Part shown: positions 63,023 through 64,000 of the stretch, piece by piece
How positions within the stretch are numbered: position 1 is the stretch's first letter
Layout: each line of letters opens with the position of its first letter
NCBI GenBank assembly: GCA_024679065.1
Contig: JAGIQG010000009.1
Coordinates: 55,490,001-55,554,000 of the forward strand
Direction of reading: 5' to 3'
DNA: 64,000 nt
Origin: Sphyrna mokarran
Taxonomy: Eukaryota
Notes under the pieces: model-generated
Databases searched by the model: none
What the model was told of the DNA's origin: nothing
The model's input: the letters and a program-made list of their open reading frames with translations, nothing else
Made by a program: the position numbers and the translations under genes

Positions 63023-64000
63023 CTGAAAAAAAGACAGATACTGCAAATTTCCTGCTACTTTGAAAAGAAAATTCAAGAGCATAGATTAGCGCTTGTTAAC
63101 CAGTCACTTCCCTATGAGAAGATACGTTCGCACTGTGTACCTTGACATCCTGAACTATCCATGGCATTGGCATGCAATGTATTAAAACAACTTTCTGCTG
63201 AAAATGAAATGCTTTGTGTAAGTGAACCTCAGTAAAATGTATCTTCTTAAGATTAATAGACTGATGAAATGTATGAAATTCATTCAGTACATTTCTGGTT
63301 ATCTAGAAGATTCTGAAAGGCTTGAGAGCTTTATGATCAATTAAGCTTAAATAAATGATACTGGAATGGTAACAGAATGATTGGAAGTTATTGAAAAGTG
63401 TTAAGTGCATTTTTCTGGGTTCATTATGATTTTCTGGTATAATTTTAATGCAACCTTGATGTACTGTGACTTGTGAAGAAATGCAGAGAACAAAAGTAGA
63501 ATTGGTATAAAATTTGAGTGAACTGCTGTATGCTATACTCACATTGGATTGCAAAGTGTGGTGTACTACAATTATAGTAATGCAATTGATATAGTTATTT
63601 ATATATTTTATGTGTAAGGGAAATGTTTAAATTCAATTTTATTCTACAGGTAGTTGTTATGTCTGGGAAACATTTAGCTAAAGGGTTGTGAAAGCAAGTT
63701 AAGTACTCATTTCAGCTAGGAATTTGTTATGTTGATATGCTGATGGATTTCTGTTGACTTAAAGGATTCCTTGGGAAGTTGATTGATAAGGTCATGTAAC
63801 AATGTGGCTAATGTGCAGAGCTGAGTCTGTAGCAGAGAGAAAGAAGCTTTTGCAGTTTAGAGTTGGGATTTTAGATGGAAATTGAAAATAGAGTTTCTTC
63901 AAGCACCTTAGGAACTCATCCCTCTCTCAGAAAACTCCAAACCTGTGTACAATTGTTATAGCAAGTAGACATGAGTATTAACTGTATTTAAAGTGGCCTT

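Noticed and set aside
1-64000. CRISPR arrays, operons or other prokaryotic systems
   Set aside because: The sequence is eukaryotic with spliceosomal introns; no regularly spaced repeats seen

Overview
Vertebrate genomic DNA, most likely from a cartilaginous fish (shark). This is inferred from abundant HE1-type tRNA-derived SINEs, their CR1 partner LINEs and Penelope-like elements. Two protein-coding genes lie in tandem on the minus strand. The first is the 3' end of hemicentin-1 (HMCN1): 14 exons from 63022 to the stop at 35845, all with GT-AG boundaries and a continuous frame (2300 nt), encoding the G2/nidogen domain, 8 cbEGF repeats and the fibulin C-terminal module. The second is an intact TLR1-subfamily Toll-like receptor with a single coding exon (24262-26688, 808 aa), possibly the fish-restricted TLR27, with a candidate CpG-rich promoter near 32.1-32.5 kb. 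The rest is largely transposon debris. The most interesting non-gene signals are: a two-copy SINE variant with degenerate Pol III boxes and a highly structured ~130-nt 5' extension; Penelope-associated minimal hammerhead ribozyme relics; a TE-derived palindrome that may supply a splice acceptor for a TLR 5' exon; and a TSD-flanked solo LTR with immune-type motifs upstream of the TLR. Family assignments come from recalled motifs; no database search was run.
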